A stretch of 64,000 nt of DNA from an uncultured Rikenellaceae bacterium (GCA_964633195.1 CAZWFL010000011.1:8932-72931), one strand, 5' to 3'; positions 26,078-36,564 are shown, counted from the first letter of the stretch. The notes: generated by a model not told the origin, from the letters alone. Program-made: numbers and translations.

Positions 26078-27418
26078 ATGGCAGGAATTGCAGGAATTGC
26101 ACGGCAGGATGCGGAAAAGGAAGTAAATGAAATGTTGGAAGCGCTAAATCACCGGGGAACAACAAAAAGGATCGTGAGGACAGAAGACACTACAATGGGC
26201 ATTATATGGCATGATGATGAAAAGGAATCAATTACAGGGTGTCTGAAAAAAAAGAGTGTGGGTTATGAACATGGTCCGGGACATTATGCATTTGTAATAG
26301 AAGAAAATGGCAGGCTGATATTAAGGAGGGATGAACTGGGGGTATCACCCCTCTATTCAGGCTATGATAAAACGGGATCTGTCTGTTTCTCATCGGAAGT
26401 TAAAGCTTTGCTTCCTATTGCAGAAAATATTACTGAAATACCAGCCGGACACAAACACAACGACAAACAGGCTGAACAGTTATTCAGGTTCAAACAGCCC
26501 CCTTCTTTCTCTGAAGATCCCGGCCTGATTGCAGCAGAGCTCCGACGGAAACTTGATGGAGCGGTGAAGGATTGTATCACAACAAATGAAGTTGGTGCCT
26601 GGTTGTCTGGTGGCCTTGATTCGAGTGTGATCTGCGCCCTTGCTTCAAAATATATAAGAAACCTGAAGACATTTACCGTAGGACTCAAGGGGGCCCCCGA
26701 TCTGAAATTTGCAGACGAGACTGCCAGGTTTCTGAAATCTGATCACCGTGAAATAATAGTTACGAATGATGATCTTATACGATACATTCCCGAAGTTGTA
26801 TACTATCTGGAATCATTTGATGCCCTCCTTGTAAGGTCAAGCATCATCAATTTTATTGTGGCAGGAGAAGCATCAGGCTACATTTCGGAAGCTTTTTCGG
26901 GAGAAGGGGGAGATGAGTTGTTTGCAGGTTACGAGTATCTCAAAAGAATTCCATGCGGGCAGCTTGACAAAGAGCTTATAAGAATAACCGGAAAACTGCA
27001 CAATACTGCCCTTCAGAGAGTTGACCGTTGTGCTTCTGCGCATGGTATTGTTACACATACCGTTTTCACGAATCCTGAAATAGTAAGATATGCTTTCACG
27101 ATTCCGGCTGAATTCAAGATTCACAAAAATGTTGAAAAATGGATACTGAGAAAGTCAATGGAGGGTTCTTTGCCTGAAGGTATATTGAACAGGCCAAAAG
27201 CTAAATTCTGGGAAGGGGCCGGTGTGAAGGAGCTGATATCCGAATATGCAGATCAGAAGATTACCGATCACGATTTCAGAAAGGAACGCGAACTTCCCAA
27301 TGGCTGGCTTATTAATACAAAAGAAGAGCTCTATTATTACAGGATCTTCAGGGAACACTTCGGCCAGGATACTGATCTCTCATGGATGGGAAGGACTGAT
27401 AACAGCCCTGTTTCCTGA
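26078..27418 (+). CDS. Asparagine synthetase B-like ATP-dependent amide ligase with a degenerate glutaminase domain
   Basis: LSGGLDSS PP-loop, SGEGGDELFAGY, EKWILR; the N-terminus is MAGIAG (no Cys1) and HNGEIYN is absent. Confidence 0.85.
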   Translation: MAGIAGIARQDAEKEVNEMLEALNHRGTTKRIVRTEDTTMGIIWHDDEKESITGCLKKKSVGYEHGPGHYAFVIEENGRLILRRDELGVSPLYSGYDKTGSVCFSSEVKALLPIAENITEIPAGHKHNDKQAEQLFRFKQPPSFSEDPGLIAAELRRKLDGAVKDCITTNEVGAWLSGGLDSSVICALASKYIRNLKTFTVGLKGAPDLKFADETARFLKSDHREIIVTNDDLIRYIPEVVYYLESFDALLVRSSIINFIVAGEASGYISEAFSGEGGDELFAGYEYLKRIPCGQLDKELIRITGKLHNTALQRVDRCASAHGIVTHTVFTNPEIVRYAFTIPAEFKIHKNVEKWILRKSMEGSLPEGILNRPKAKFWEGAGVKELISEYADQKITDHDFRKERELPNGWLINTKEELYYYRIFREHFGQDTDLSWMGRTDNSPVS

Positions 27419-27450
27419 TTTATCAGCTAGCGGACCGCCTTAAAATATAT

Positions 27451-27921
27451 CTACTTGCCAAGAACAGGTATCTGCCTGTTTATTGATTCTTCAAGCGAAA
27501 TCAGGGTTTCTGTCCTCGATATACCCGCAATACTCTGTATCCTGTTCGTAAGAACGTCTCTCAGATGTTCATTGTCCCTCGTATATACCTTTATGAAAAG
27601 AGAGTAATTACCTGTTGTATAATGACATTCTATTATCTCAGAAATCTCCCTGAACTTATTTATCACTTCTTTGTACTTACCAGGATGATCCAGAAATATC
27701 CCGATGTAAGCACATGTTTTAAAACCAACAAGAACCGGATCAACCTTGAATTCAGAACCTTTAATAACTCCTGTCTTAATCAGCCGCTGGACACGCTGGT
27801 GAATAGCTGCTCCTGATACGTTACACTCCCTTGCCACCTCAAGATATGGTATCCTTGCATTCTTGGTAATAATGTCGAGGATTTTTCTGTCGAGATTATC
27901 GATCTGTACGTTTTCAGTCAT
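27451..27921 (-). CDS. asnC: Lrp/AsnC family transcriptional regulator
   Basis: IDNLDRKIL...NARIPY HTH; ECHYTTGNY effector domain. Confidence 0.88.
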   Translation of the reverse strand: MTENVQIDNLDRKILDIITKNARIPYLEVARECNVSGAAIHQRVQRLIKTGVIKGSEFKVDPVLVGFKTCAYIGIFLDHPGKYKEVINKFREISEIIECHYTTGNYSLFIKVYTRDNEHLRDVLTNRIQSIAGISRTETLISLEESINRQIPVLGK

Positions 27922-28061
27922 TTCAAAGAGATTTGATTAATATTTTTCAGATAAGCTTTTTCTGTATGTAATAACTAATGGAAATATATGGAATTTAATT
28001 TGAAATATCAAACAGATTTGGCATATTGTTCGAAAAACAGGTACCTGATTGCCTTAACTGG

Positions 28062-28979
28062 TCAGGAGTTCATATGTAACAGACCCGTGATATCTCTTAT
28101 ATCAGTAAAATTACCTTCAGCCAGGTATTCACGTATCCCCTCAAGAATCAGGATAGAAGCCATAGGGTCTATAAATGAAGCCGTACCAACCTGAATCGCA
28201 GAGGCGCCTGCAAGAATGAATTCAATCGCATCTGATGGTGTCATTATTCCTCCTATTCCGATTACAGGTATCTTCACCGCTCCGGCTACCTGCCATACCA
28301 TTCTGAGGGCAACCGGCTTGATAGCCGGGCCCGAAAGCCCGCCGGTAATGGTGGAGAGGGAAGGCTTCCTGTTCTTAAGGTCAACCGCCATTCCCAGCAG
28401 GGTGTTTATCAGAGAAACGGAATCTGCTCCCTCTTCTTCCGCAATCCGTGCAAATTCGACAATATCTGTTACGTTAGGCGAAAGCTTAACGATAAGTATC
28501 CTGGAATAGACAGATCTGACAGCTCTTATAACCTCACGGGCGGTGACCGGGTTTGTACCGAAGGCCATCCCTCCCATTTTCACATTGGGACAGGAAATAT
28601 TGAGCTCAATGGCAGTTATCCTGCCGAGTCTGTCAATACGTTCTGCCAGAGCCACATAATCCTCTATAAAACTGCCATTTACATTAACGATGACATTTGT
28701 GTCATACGATGCAATCCTTGGATAAATCTCTTTCTCGAAATGATCGATCCCTTTGTTCTGGAGTCCTACAGAGTTCAGCATCCCTGAAGGAGTCTCAGCC
28801 ATTCTGGGATATGGATTCCCCTCCCTGCTCTCCAATGTGGTACCCTTGACAATAATCCCCCCAAGCCTTGATACATCAAAGAAGTCTTCAAACTCACTGC
28901 CATACCCGAAAGTGCCGGATGCCGTCAGAACGGGATTTTTGAATTTCAGACTGCCTATTGAGAATCCCAGGTTTACCAT
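28062..28979 (-). CDS. pyrD: Dihydroorotate dehydrogenase 1B catalytic subunit
   Basis: [34 protein letters not shown]. Confidence 0.95.
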   Translation of the reverse strand: MVNLGFSIGSLKFKNPVLTASGTFGYGSEFEDFFDVSRLGGIIVKGTTLESREGNPYPRMAETPSGMLNSVGLQNKGIDHFEKEIYPRIASYDTNVIVNVNGSFIEDYVALAERIDRLGRITAIELNISCPNVKMGGMAFGTNPVTAREVIRAVRSVYSRILIVKLSPNVTDIVEFARIAEEEGADSVSLINTLLGMAVDLKNRKPSLSTITGGLSGPAIKPVALRMVWQVAGAVKIPVIGIGGIMTPSDAIEFILAGASAIQVGTASFIDPMASILILEGIREYLAEGNFTDIRDITGLLHMNS

Positions 28980-29740
28980 TTCAGATCATTAATATTAAAG
29001 ACCGGTCCGTCAATGCACGTACAAAGATTACCTCTAACAGTCTCCACCACACAGCAAAGACATGCTCCGATACCGCATGCCATAAGGTTTTCAAGTGTAA
29101 CTTCACACTGAATTCCTTTACTGCCCGCGTAGCGTGCCACAGCCTTTAACATGGGATCAGGCCCGCAGCAATATAACCTGTCATACTTTTCAGCTTCAAG
29201 AACCGGATGCTGCGTAACATATCCCTTTTCTCCGGCTGAGCCGTCTTCCGTGGTTAAAAACACCCTTCCGGTTTTACCGTATTCCTTATATTCTATAATA
29301 CTGGTACTGTTCCTGAAACCTAGCAGTATATCAGGTACATAGCCCTGAGAATTTAAATGTTTGCCGAGAAATAGCAGCGGAGCCACTCCACACCCGCCAC
29401 CAACCAGCAATATTTTCTCATTGCCCGATGGATTGCTGAAACTGTTACCAAGGGGATAAACAAGGTTAAGATGATCGCCATTGTTCAATTTTGACAGTAC
29501 CGCAGTTCCTTTGCCTGCGACCTGTATAAGTAGTTTTATTCTGTTAGTGCTGAAATCAGCATCATGTATTGAAAAAGGCCTCCGGAGAAATGTTTCCGGA
29601 CTTCCATCAATCCTTACCTGAACAAATTGCCCGGGAAGTAATACCGGGAGAATGTCTTCAGCAGAGAGCTCCAGTATGAAGATATCATCAGTGAGATACT
29701 GTTTGCCGATGACCTCAAAATCTTCTATTCTTTTTGCCAC
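28973..29740 (-). CDS. pyrK: Dihydroorotate dehydrogenase electron transfer subunit
   Basis: [31 protein letters not shown] [2Fe-2S] motif, DGPVF. Confidence 0.95.
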   Translation of the reverse strand: MAKRIEDFEVIGKQYLTDDIFILELSAEDILPVLLPGQFVQVRIDGSPETFLRRPFSIHDADFSTNRIKLLIQVAGKGTAVLSKLNNGDHLNLVYPLGNSFSNPSGNEKILLVGGGCGVAPLLFLGKHLNSQGYVPDILLGFRNSTSIIEYKEYGKTGRVFLTTEDGSAGEKGYVTQHPVLEAEKYDRLYCCGPDPMLKAVARYAGSKGIQCEVTLENLMACGIGACLCCVVETVRGNLCTCIDGPVFNINDLKW

Positions 29741-29791
29741 CAGTCGGTATTTTGCTATAAAGATATGGTAATTACCCGATTTTCAGAAAAA

Positions 29792-30238
29792 TTATGATGG
29801 CTTTTTCGACAGATACTCCTCAAAGCTGTTATCGTCATAAAGCAGTACAATGCGCCTGACAGAAGGTTTTTCAGCCAAAGATTGATCATAAACGACAGGA
29901 CCATGGCCAGCAGCTTCCGTGGCTGCTTTAATAGATCCCTCAGCCTCATTTTCATGACTTACTTCCTTTTCTGATTCTGTCTTAACGGAGATATCGGTAT
30001 AATTACCGAACAAATCAGGGATTATCTCCGGATTATACATGTTCCCCTTTCCGAACAACAGCCAGTTAATATTTATATAAGGGTAAGTCTCCAGCATTTT
30101 TAATACAAAATCAAGACTCGGCCTGTTCCTTCCTGACAAAATATGTGAAATGCCCGAAGGTTGTACTCCAATCTCCTCGGCGAACTGTGCTGAGGATTTA
30201 TTTTCACGTTTTAAAAATTCTGAAATGCGTTCTTTCAT
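29792..30238 (-). CDS. XRE-family HTH DNA-binding protein
   Basis: FAEEIGVQPSGISHILSGRNRPS HTH, WLLFGKG, low-complexity linker, C-terminal RRIVLLYDDNSFEEY. Confidence 0.88.
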   Translation of the reverse strand: MKERISEFLKRENKSSAQFAEEIGVQPSGISHILSGRNRPSLDFVLKMLETYPYININWLLFGKGNMYNPEIIPDLFGNYTDISVKTESEKEVSHENEAEGSIKAATEAAGHGPVVYDQSLAEKPSVRRIVLLYDDNSFEEYLSKKPS

Positions 30239-30251
30239 AACCCAAAAGTTA

Positions 30252-30663
30252 TATTACAAATGTAATAATTATCTTAATCACATCGCTAACCCATTGCATT
30301 CACATTTGTAATCAGTGTCATATTTATTGCAATAGACCTGTTCTGTGATTTTTCTATATTATTAATAATAAGCTATTTATTTGTCACGCTTTCTTGTAGC
30401 TTCAGTTTAGATTAGCAGTATATATTACTGGCAAATAGACCGTTAACACTATAATCTAAATTGAATTACCTGTTATATGGCATAACGAATATATATTATA
30501 TCAATCAAAGACGCAGATAATATATCTATAGTAACTGATAAACAATTATTTAATCAAATGTTATTTTATCCGGATAAAAAATTCAATATTGTGAATTTAA
30601 GGATGTGAATATTGAATTAAATCTGTAAATTTATGTGCTGACTTCCATTATTTACATCTGTAA
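30252..30663. promoter_or_regulatory. Cluster of TTACA-N2-TGTAA palindromes in an AT-rich intergenic region
   Basis: TTACAAATGTAA (30254), TCACATTTGTAA (30300), TTAAATCTGTAA (30617), TTACATCTGTAA (30652). Confidence 0.6.
30479..30506 (+). other. Possible dif-like (XerCD) site
   Basis: GGCATAACGAA-TATATA-TTATATCAATC; the right arm matches 7/11 of the XerD arm TTATGTTAAAT, with a 6-bp spacer. Confidence 0.35.
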
Positions 30664-30960
30664 ACCGGCTCCTTTTCTGCTTATCAGATCAGATTTTTCA
30701 AATTTCTCCGGTTTCTCAGATCTTCATTTCAGGATCAGAAGAAACAATAGAAACGTTAAGGCAATAATTTTGAACCATTTGTTTATCAGTTTAAGTCAGG
30801 ATACTGATCCATTATCTTCAAATCCATTCATTATTCTGCATTGCTTGCCCCTCTCCCTTCAGATATTTAATCCTGGCGGATATATTTTAAATATATATGA
30901 TCATTTTAATACTATATTCGGGCAGGATTTTTTTTCTTTATGCAATTAAATTCATGACAG

Positions 30961-32196
30961 ATGGCCAGATTCAGATTTTCAATTCCCCTGCATTACCAGA
31001 TATTAATTGCAATTCTTGCCGGGGGGGTTTTCGGTTATTTTTTCCACGGTAATGTTAATTATACAAACTGGGCAGGTGAAATATTTCTGCGTGCTTTGAA
31101 TATGATTATCGTCCCCCTTATTATATGCTCCATCACCACCGGTGTTGCAAGCGTTGGGGCCGGAAGCAATCTGGGGCGTCTGGGACTTAAAACAATTGGA
31201 TTTTATATCGGGACATCGTTTCTTGCAATAATTACCGGATTTCTCTTCGTCTCTCTTATAAAGCCAGGTACAGGCGCTGATCTGGGATTCAAGGTGCCGG
31301 TTGAGAATCTCTCGGCAGTCTCCGAGGGTTTCGGGGGAACTCTTATAAAGATAGTTCCAACAAACATTTTTGAAGCTATGATGCAGGGGCAGATGCTTTC
31401 AATAATCTTCTTTTCGATCCTGTTCGGTTTCTTTCTCACAAAGATAAGCGATAACCGCAGGATTATCCTGTCGGACGTTATCTCATCGATACTGGAAGTA
31501 ATAATGAAGATCACCATGTTCATTATCAGGTTCACTCCCCTGGGGATATTCAGCATAACAGCCAAGGTAATAGCCCAGCAGATAACCATGGGTAACGACA
31601 TCAGTGAAATAATCAGCAGGCTTGGTCTCTATTTCATTACGGTTTTTACAGGATTGTTATTTCATGGAGCAGTTACCCTGCCTCTGATTGTCAAATTCAT
31701 TGGAAAGGTCAATCCCCTGCAGCACATTAAAAATATGGCAACTCCGCTTCTCACGGCATTTTCGACATCCTCGTCAAACGCTACTCTACCGCTGACAATG
31801 GAAGCGGTTGAAAAGGAAGGTGGGGTATCAAATAAAATAGCCAGTTTCACACTGCCACTGGGTGCAACAATTAATATGGATGGCACAGCACTTTATGAAT
31901 GTGTGGCAGTTATGTTCATTGCACAGGCTTATGGAATTGAACTTACGATAGCCCAGCAGCTGATTGTGATCTTCACAGCACTCCTGGCAGCAATCGGGTC
32001 TGCAGGAATACCAATGGCAGGTCTGGTAATGATGGCAGTCGTTCTGAACGCTGTGGGATTGCCACTTGAAGGAATAGGCCTGGTGCTGGCTGTGGACAGG
32101 ATCCTCGATATGTTCAGGACTTTCATTAATGTATATGGAGATACCTGCTGCGCTGTCGTTATTGCTCAATCGGAAGGGGAAATACTTAAGATATAA
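30961..32196 (+). CDS. Dicarboxylate/amino acid:cation symporter (GltP/DAACS family)
   Basis: AFSTSSSNATLP, GATINMDGT, AVDRILDMFRT. Confidence 0.93.
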   Translation: MARFRFSIPLHYQILIAILAGGVFGYFFHGNVNYTNWAGEIFLRALNMIIVPLIICSITTGVASVGAGSNLGRLGLKTIGFYIGTSFLAIITGFLFVSLIKPGTGADLGFKVPVENLSAVSEGFGGTLIKIVPTNIFEAMMQGQMLSIIFFSILFGFFLTKISDNRRIILSDVISSILEVIMKITMFIIRFTPLGIFSITAKVIAQQITMGNDISEIISRLGLYFITVFTGLLFHGAVTLPLIVKFIGKVNPLQHIKNMATPLLTAFSTSSSNATLPLTMEAVEKEGGVSNKIASFTLPLGATINMDGTALYECVAVMFIAQAYGIELTIAQQLIVIFTALLAAIGSAGIPMAGLVMMAVVLNAVGLPLEGIGLVLAVDRILDMFRTFINVYGDTCCAVVIAQSEGEILKI

Positions 32197-32207
32197 GTAA
32201 AGAGGTT

Positions 32208-32825
32208 TCAGAAGACGAAGCCGATTCGTATCTCGGGGTTGCTGTACAAACCGAAACCTTTATCGTTAAGAGGCCATAATACCATAAGGTTCAAAGCTGA
32301 CCTGCGGCCAATATACTGGCTTATGCCGGCACCGGCAAGGAGTGTTTTTGTAGTAAATCGCTCTGATGTATACGGAGGCAGTTTCCAGAAAGAAGACTGA
32401 AGACTCAGAATCTCATATTCAGCATGCAGAAACATTCCCAGATGGACACCCAGGGGAACTATTGAATTCAGGTCCTGAAGAAAAAGATATTGAATATAGG
32501 ACCTGCCCCCGTAAATATTCGTCCGGCCGAATGGGTCTTTGTAATAACGGTAATTGGGACCTGCCGCAATACCCAGCCTTGGCAGTGCCCAGAATCCTAT
32601 TAACGGTGAGAACTGAATATCCGTTATAGTCCCGAACTGAAGCCCGAAACTACCTCCGTAAAAAATTCTTTCTTTCAGCGGAGGGATCTCTTTCTTCTCC
32701 TTCGGCCTGTTTCCCTCTTCCTGCCCGTTTAATCCCGTCAGTGAAACGAGCAGTAATATAACAGATGAAGTAAAAAACCATCTGATACGTCGCCTGATTT
32801 CCTTTCGCAATACGGATAAGATCAT
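32208..32825 (-). CDS. Hypothetical outer-membrane protein
   Basis: Signal-like N-terminus, amphipathic beta-strands, C-terminal IRIGFVF. Confidence 0.6.
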   Translation of the reverse strand: MILSVLRKEIRRRIRWFFTSSVILLLVSLTGLNGQEEGNRPKEKKEIPPLKERIFYGGSFGLQFGTITDIQFSPLIGFWALPRLGIAAGPNYRYYKDPFGRTNIYGGRSYIQYLFLQDLNSIVPLGVHLGMFLHAEYEILSLQSSFWKLPPYTSERFTTKTLLAGAGISQYIGRRSALNLMVLWPLNDKGFGLYSNPEIRIGFVF

Positions 32826-32901
32826 TTCTTCAAATTTGTATCTTTACGGAATATCGCTACAAATAAACGAAAAAAAACAACTGTTAATATTCGGATGAAA
32901 A

Positions 32902-33597
32902 ATGAATATACTTATTAACGGAGGCACAAGAGGCATAGGAAAGGAAACCGCATTATACCTGTCAGAAAACCGGGACAATCATGTTATTGTAACAGGCAGA
33001 GACGAGGACGATCTCGGAAAGATGGCTTTATCAGGAACACACAATAATATTTCTTCCATTGCCATTGACCTTTCTCTTGTTGATGATTATGCAGTATCGT
33101 TCCGGGAGCAGGTTTACAACAGATTCAGCATTATTGACATACTCATCAATAATGCAGGAATGCTCATCAATAAAGAGTTTATGCAATTCAGAAATGAGGA
33201 GGCCAGGCTCCTAATGGAGACAAATTTTTTTGGTCCGGCTGCCATGATAAGATTGTTAAAACCCCTGATGAAAAGGGGGACCCATATCGTCAATATTGCC
33301 AGCATGGGAGGATTTCAGGGCAGTTCAAAATACAGTGGATTATCCTACTACAGCTGTTCAAAGGCAGCCCTTGTTTGCCTTACTGAGTGTCTGGCAGCCG
33401 AATTCAATCAGGATGAGATAATTGTCAACTGCCTCGCCCTGGGGTCAGTTCAGACTGAGATGTTTAATGAGGCTTTCCCTGGTTTCAGAGCTCCGGTTGA
33501 AGCAAAGGATATGGGTCTTTATATTGGTGATTTTGCTGTGAATGGGAAGAAATTCTTTAATGGTAAAATCTTGCCCGTTGCTTTCAGCAATCCCTGA
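32902..33597 (+). CDS. Short-chain dehydrogenase/reductase
   Basis: NGGTRGIG, NNAG, YSCSK catalytic motif. Confidence 0.92.
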   Translation: MNILINGGTRGIGKETALYLSENRDNHVIVTGRDEDDLGKMALSGTHNNISSIAIDLSLVDDYAVSFREQVYNRFSIIDILINNAGMLINKEFMQFRNEEARLLMETNFFGPAAMIRLLKPLMKRGTHIVNIASMGGFQGSSKYSGLSYYSCSKAALVCLTECLAAEFNQDEIIVNCLALGSVQTEMFNEAFPGFRAPVEAKDMGLYIGDFAVNGKKFFNGKILPVAFSNP

Positions 33598-33608
33598 AAA
33601 ACGAAATT

Positions 33609-34685
33609 TCAGTCATATTTTTTGATCTCCGTTTTTCCGTCGAGCGCCAGAAGACCGTTGAAGGCAAGAGCTTTAATCTCATCCTCCCCCGGACAGACAA
33701 CAACCCTGGCTATGAACTCCACCATTGCGACAATCAATTGTGTGAATGAATTCTCGTAAGCCATACCTCCTGTAAGAATGATTGCATCAACACTACCACT
33801 CATAACGGCTGCCATCGCCCCTATTTCCTTTGCTACCTGGTATGCTGCCGCTTCTCTTATGAGTACAGGCTCCCGGATTCCTTCATCGGCCATCCTGCAA
33901 ACTTCCTGAAAGCTGTTTGTTCCAAGATATGCCACCATCCCTCCTTTACCGGTGATCATTGATTTTATTTCGGAATGTGTATATTTCCCGCTGAAGCAGA
34001 GATCCGTCAGCTGGCCTGCAGGTAATCCGCCCGATCGCTCGGGTGAGAATGGCCCGTCGCCGTTAAGTGCATTATTGACATCAACAACCCTCCCTTTACG
34101 GTGAGCCCCCACACTTATACCCCCTCCCATATGGGCAATAATGAGATTAAGTTCCTCATATCTCCTGCCTGTAGATGCAGCATAAGCCCTGGCTACGGCT
34201 TTCTGGTTAAGAGCATGGAAAATTGATATCCTCTCCAGCAATGGATGTCCTGATTTTCGGGCAACCGGCTCCATTTCATCAACAACCACAGGGTCAACAA
34301 TATAAGCTTTAGCATTGGGGAGGGAGGAAGCAATATCGTCAGCTATCAGTCCGCCCAGGTTACTCGCATGCTCTCCCCTCCTTCCACTCAAAAGATCCTT
34401 CTTCATCGCTTCATTTACCTGGTAAACACCTGATTCAATCGGTTTGATCAATCCCCCACGCCCTACAACGGCGGCAATCCTGGAAAAATTAATCTTTCTG
34501 TCCATAAGTTCACTCATTATCAAATCTTTCCGGAAATGAAACTGATCTGTTATCTTGAGAAATGCTGACAATTCGGTTGATGAGTGCCGCAGTGTCTTCT
34601 CAAATAGCATCTCCGACTCCCTGAAAAGAGCAAACTTCGTTGAAGTTGAACCCGGATTAAGAGCAAGAATAAGTCTTCCAGCCAT
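33609..34685 (-). CDS. buk: Butyrate kinase
   Basis: LNPGSTSTK, GRGG, HASNLG, DPVVVDE, FHALNQKA, HMGGGIS, GPFSPER. Confidence 0.95.
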   Translation of the reverse strand: MAGRLILALNPGSTSTKFALFRESEMLFEKTLRHSSTELSAFLKITDQFHFRKDLIMSELMDRKINFSRIAAVVGRGGLIKPIESGVYQVNEAMKKDLLSGRRGEHASNLGGLIADDIASSLPNAKAYIVDPVVVDEMEPVARKSGHPLLERISIFHALNQKAVARAYAASTGRRYEELNLIIAHMGGGISVGAHRKGRVVDVNNALNGDGPFSPERSGGLPAGQLTDLCFSGKYTHSEIKSMITGKGGMVAYLGTNSFQEVCRMADEGIREPVLIREAAAYQVAKEIGAMAAVMSGSVDAIILTGGMAYENSFTQLIVAMVEFIARVVVCPGEDEIKALAFNGLLALDGKTEIKKYD

Positions 34686-34728
34686 AATTATTAATAAACA
34701 ATGTTGTCGAATGCAGAAAAAGACCGGC

Positions 34729-35631
34729 TTAAGTCATTAAGCATGCCAGTGCAATACAGTAATATTTTGAGTTTTCACTTTCGCTCCGCGACATTACTAT
34801 CACAGGCTTTATGGTACCCCTTATCAGGCCTGCCAGCTCGCCCTGAGCAAATAGCATCAGTCCCTTGTAAAAAGGATTGGACGATTCGAGGGAGGGAAAC
34901 AGCAGAATGTCAGCATCGCCGTTAACCGGAGTCTCCACGCCTTTTATTCCAGGGCTTTTTCTGTCGCAGGCAAGAAAAAGGTCGAGGGGGCCATCCATAA
35001 TACAATTTTTAATCTGTCCTCTATCCGCCATTTTGCACATAACCGCATAGTCTGCCAGGCTCTCAAAATGATGGCTCATCTTCTCCGATGCACCTATCAG
35101 TGCCAGCCTTGGTTTACTGATACCAAACCGCTCAGCCATATCCACAGCATACTCCGCCATAGCTATCTTCTGATCGAGGTTTGGAAAGGGAATCACGGCA
35201 GGGTCCGTGATAAAAAGAAGTTTATGGTAAGAAGGGATCTCTATTGCACAGACATAGCTCAGTACAGCTCCGGGTATCATTATCCCGTTCTCTTTATCCA
35301 TAACCTCTTTAAGAAATTTATCGGTTGCTGTCAGTCCTTTCATCACGATATCGGTCTCACCAATAGCTGTGAGAGAGACAGCCATGGCACATGCCTCCGT
35401 TTCGCTCACGGCAGGAATAATGGGAAAGAGGGCAGGATCAAGTGACATAGACTTGCATATCTCGTTTATCCTTTCCGGAATACCGATCATAACCGGTTCG
35501 ACTAAACCATCCCGGGCAGCCCTGTATAATGCCCCAACGCTGTTTTTGTCGTGCGCCCAGGCAACGGCAACCCGGTACCTCTTGCCTGAAGAAAGCACTT
35601 TATCAACCATCTGGCCGAGAGAGCTTATCAT
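34729..35631 (-). CDS. Phosphate butyryltransferase family protein (divergent paralog)
   Basis: MKGL, KLLFITD, DGPL, ADILLFP, SRSES; divergent from the neighbouring ptb. Confidence 0.8.
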   Translation of the reverse strand: MISSLGQMVDKVLSSGKRYRVAVAWAHDKNSVGALYRAARDGLVEPVMIGIPERINEICKSMSLDPALFPIIPAVSETEACAMAVSLTAIGETDIVMKGLTATDKFLKEVMDKENGIMIPGAVLSYVCAIEIPSYHKLLFITDPAVIPFPNLDQKIAMAEYAVDMAERFGISKPRLALIGASEKMSHHFESLADYAVMCKMADRGQIKNCIMDGPLDLFLACDRKSPGIKGVETPVNGDADILLFPSLESSNPFYKGLMLFAQGELAGLIRGTIKPVIVMSRSESENSKYYCIALACLMT

Positions 35632-35638
35632 GACATTT

Positions 35639-36541
35639 CTATTTACTGGCTGCAGCTGAAAGCAGTATGCTGTCGTATTTAGCCTGTTCAGAGTCGGACC
35701 TTGATGTCAGCACAATCGGCACCAATGCGCCAAGGATTATTGATGCAACTTTGGCCTGGGCAAAGAAAACCAGCGATTTATAAAGGACATTCCCAACTTC
35801 GATATTTGGCATCAGCAAAAGATCTGTATCGCCGGCAACCTCGCTCTTAATCCCCTTGTGCCTCGCACTATCCAGGCTTATGGCATTATCAAAGGCGAGT
35901 GGACCGTCAATAATGCAATTCCTTATCTGGTCGCGCTGGTTCATTTTTGATAAAAGAGCTGCATCGAGGGTTGCTTCCATGTTTTCGTTGACCATCTCAA
36001 CAGCCCCCAGCACGGCAACTTTAGGCATAGTATATCCGAGCCTGCCAAGAAATGAAACTGAATTATTTACAATAGCAATCTTGTCCTTCAGATTAGGCGC
36101 TATATTCATTGCCACATCAGTAACAGCTATGAGCTTATGATAGGTTCCGACTTCAAAGAGTGCGATATGCGAAAGGAGGTTCCCCGTCCTCAGACCCCAT
36201 TCCTTATTCAGGACACACCTCAGCAATGTTGAGGTCCCTACTTTCCCTTTCATCAGAATGTCTGCCTGTTTGCTGCTGAGCATCCTGACAGCCATTTCGA
36301 CTGCCATATCAGTGTCGGGTTCGTGTATAATCCTCAGGCCTGTAATGTTATAGCCATTCTCGTCAGAAATGTTCTGAATCTTCTCCTTGTCACCTATCAG
36401 AACAGGTTCAACAATATTATCGGACCAGGCTCTGAGCACAGCACTCAGTGATTGCTGGTCCTGTGCGGTTGCAAGTACAAGCTTCTTTATCGGTTTGCCA
36501 GCGACAATGTTTTTAAGGTCGCTCATAAATTTCAATGCCAT
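35639..36541 (-). CDS. ptb: Phosphate butyryltransferase
   Basis: LMKG, LSHIA, TDVAMNIAP, DGPLAFDNA, PNIEVGNVLYK, LTSRSDS. Confidence 0.88.
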   Translation of the reverse strand: MALKFMSDLKNIVAGKPIKKLVLATAQDQQSLSAVLRAWSDNIVEPVLIGDKEKIQNISDENGYNITGLRIIHEPDTDMAVEMAVRMLSSKQADILMKGKVGTSTLLRCVLNKEWGLRTGNLLSHIALFEVGTYHKLIAVTDVAMNIAPNLKDKIAIVNNSVSFLGRLGYTMPKVAVLGAVEMVNENMEATLDAALLSKMNQRDQIRNCIIDGPLAFDNAISLDSARHKGIKSEVAGDTDLLLMPNIEVGNVLYKSLVFFAQAKVASIILGALVPIVLTSRSDSEQAKYDSILLSAAASK

Positions 36542-36564
36542 GTCGCCCTGGTTTTTTCGTCGGT

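Noticed and set aside
30635-30949. 104-aa ORF in the AT-rich gap
   Set aside because: GTG start, low-information composition, overlaps palindromic sites; probably spurious.
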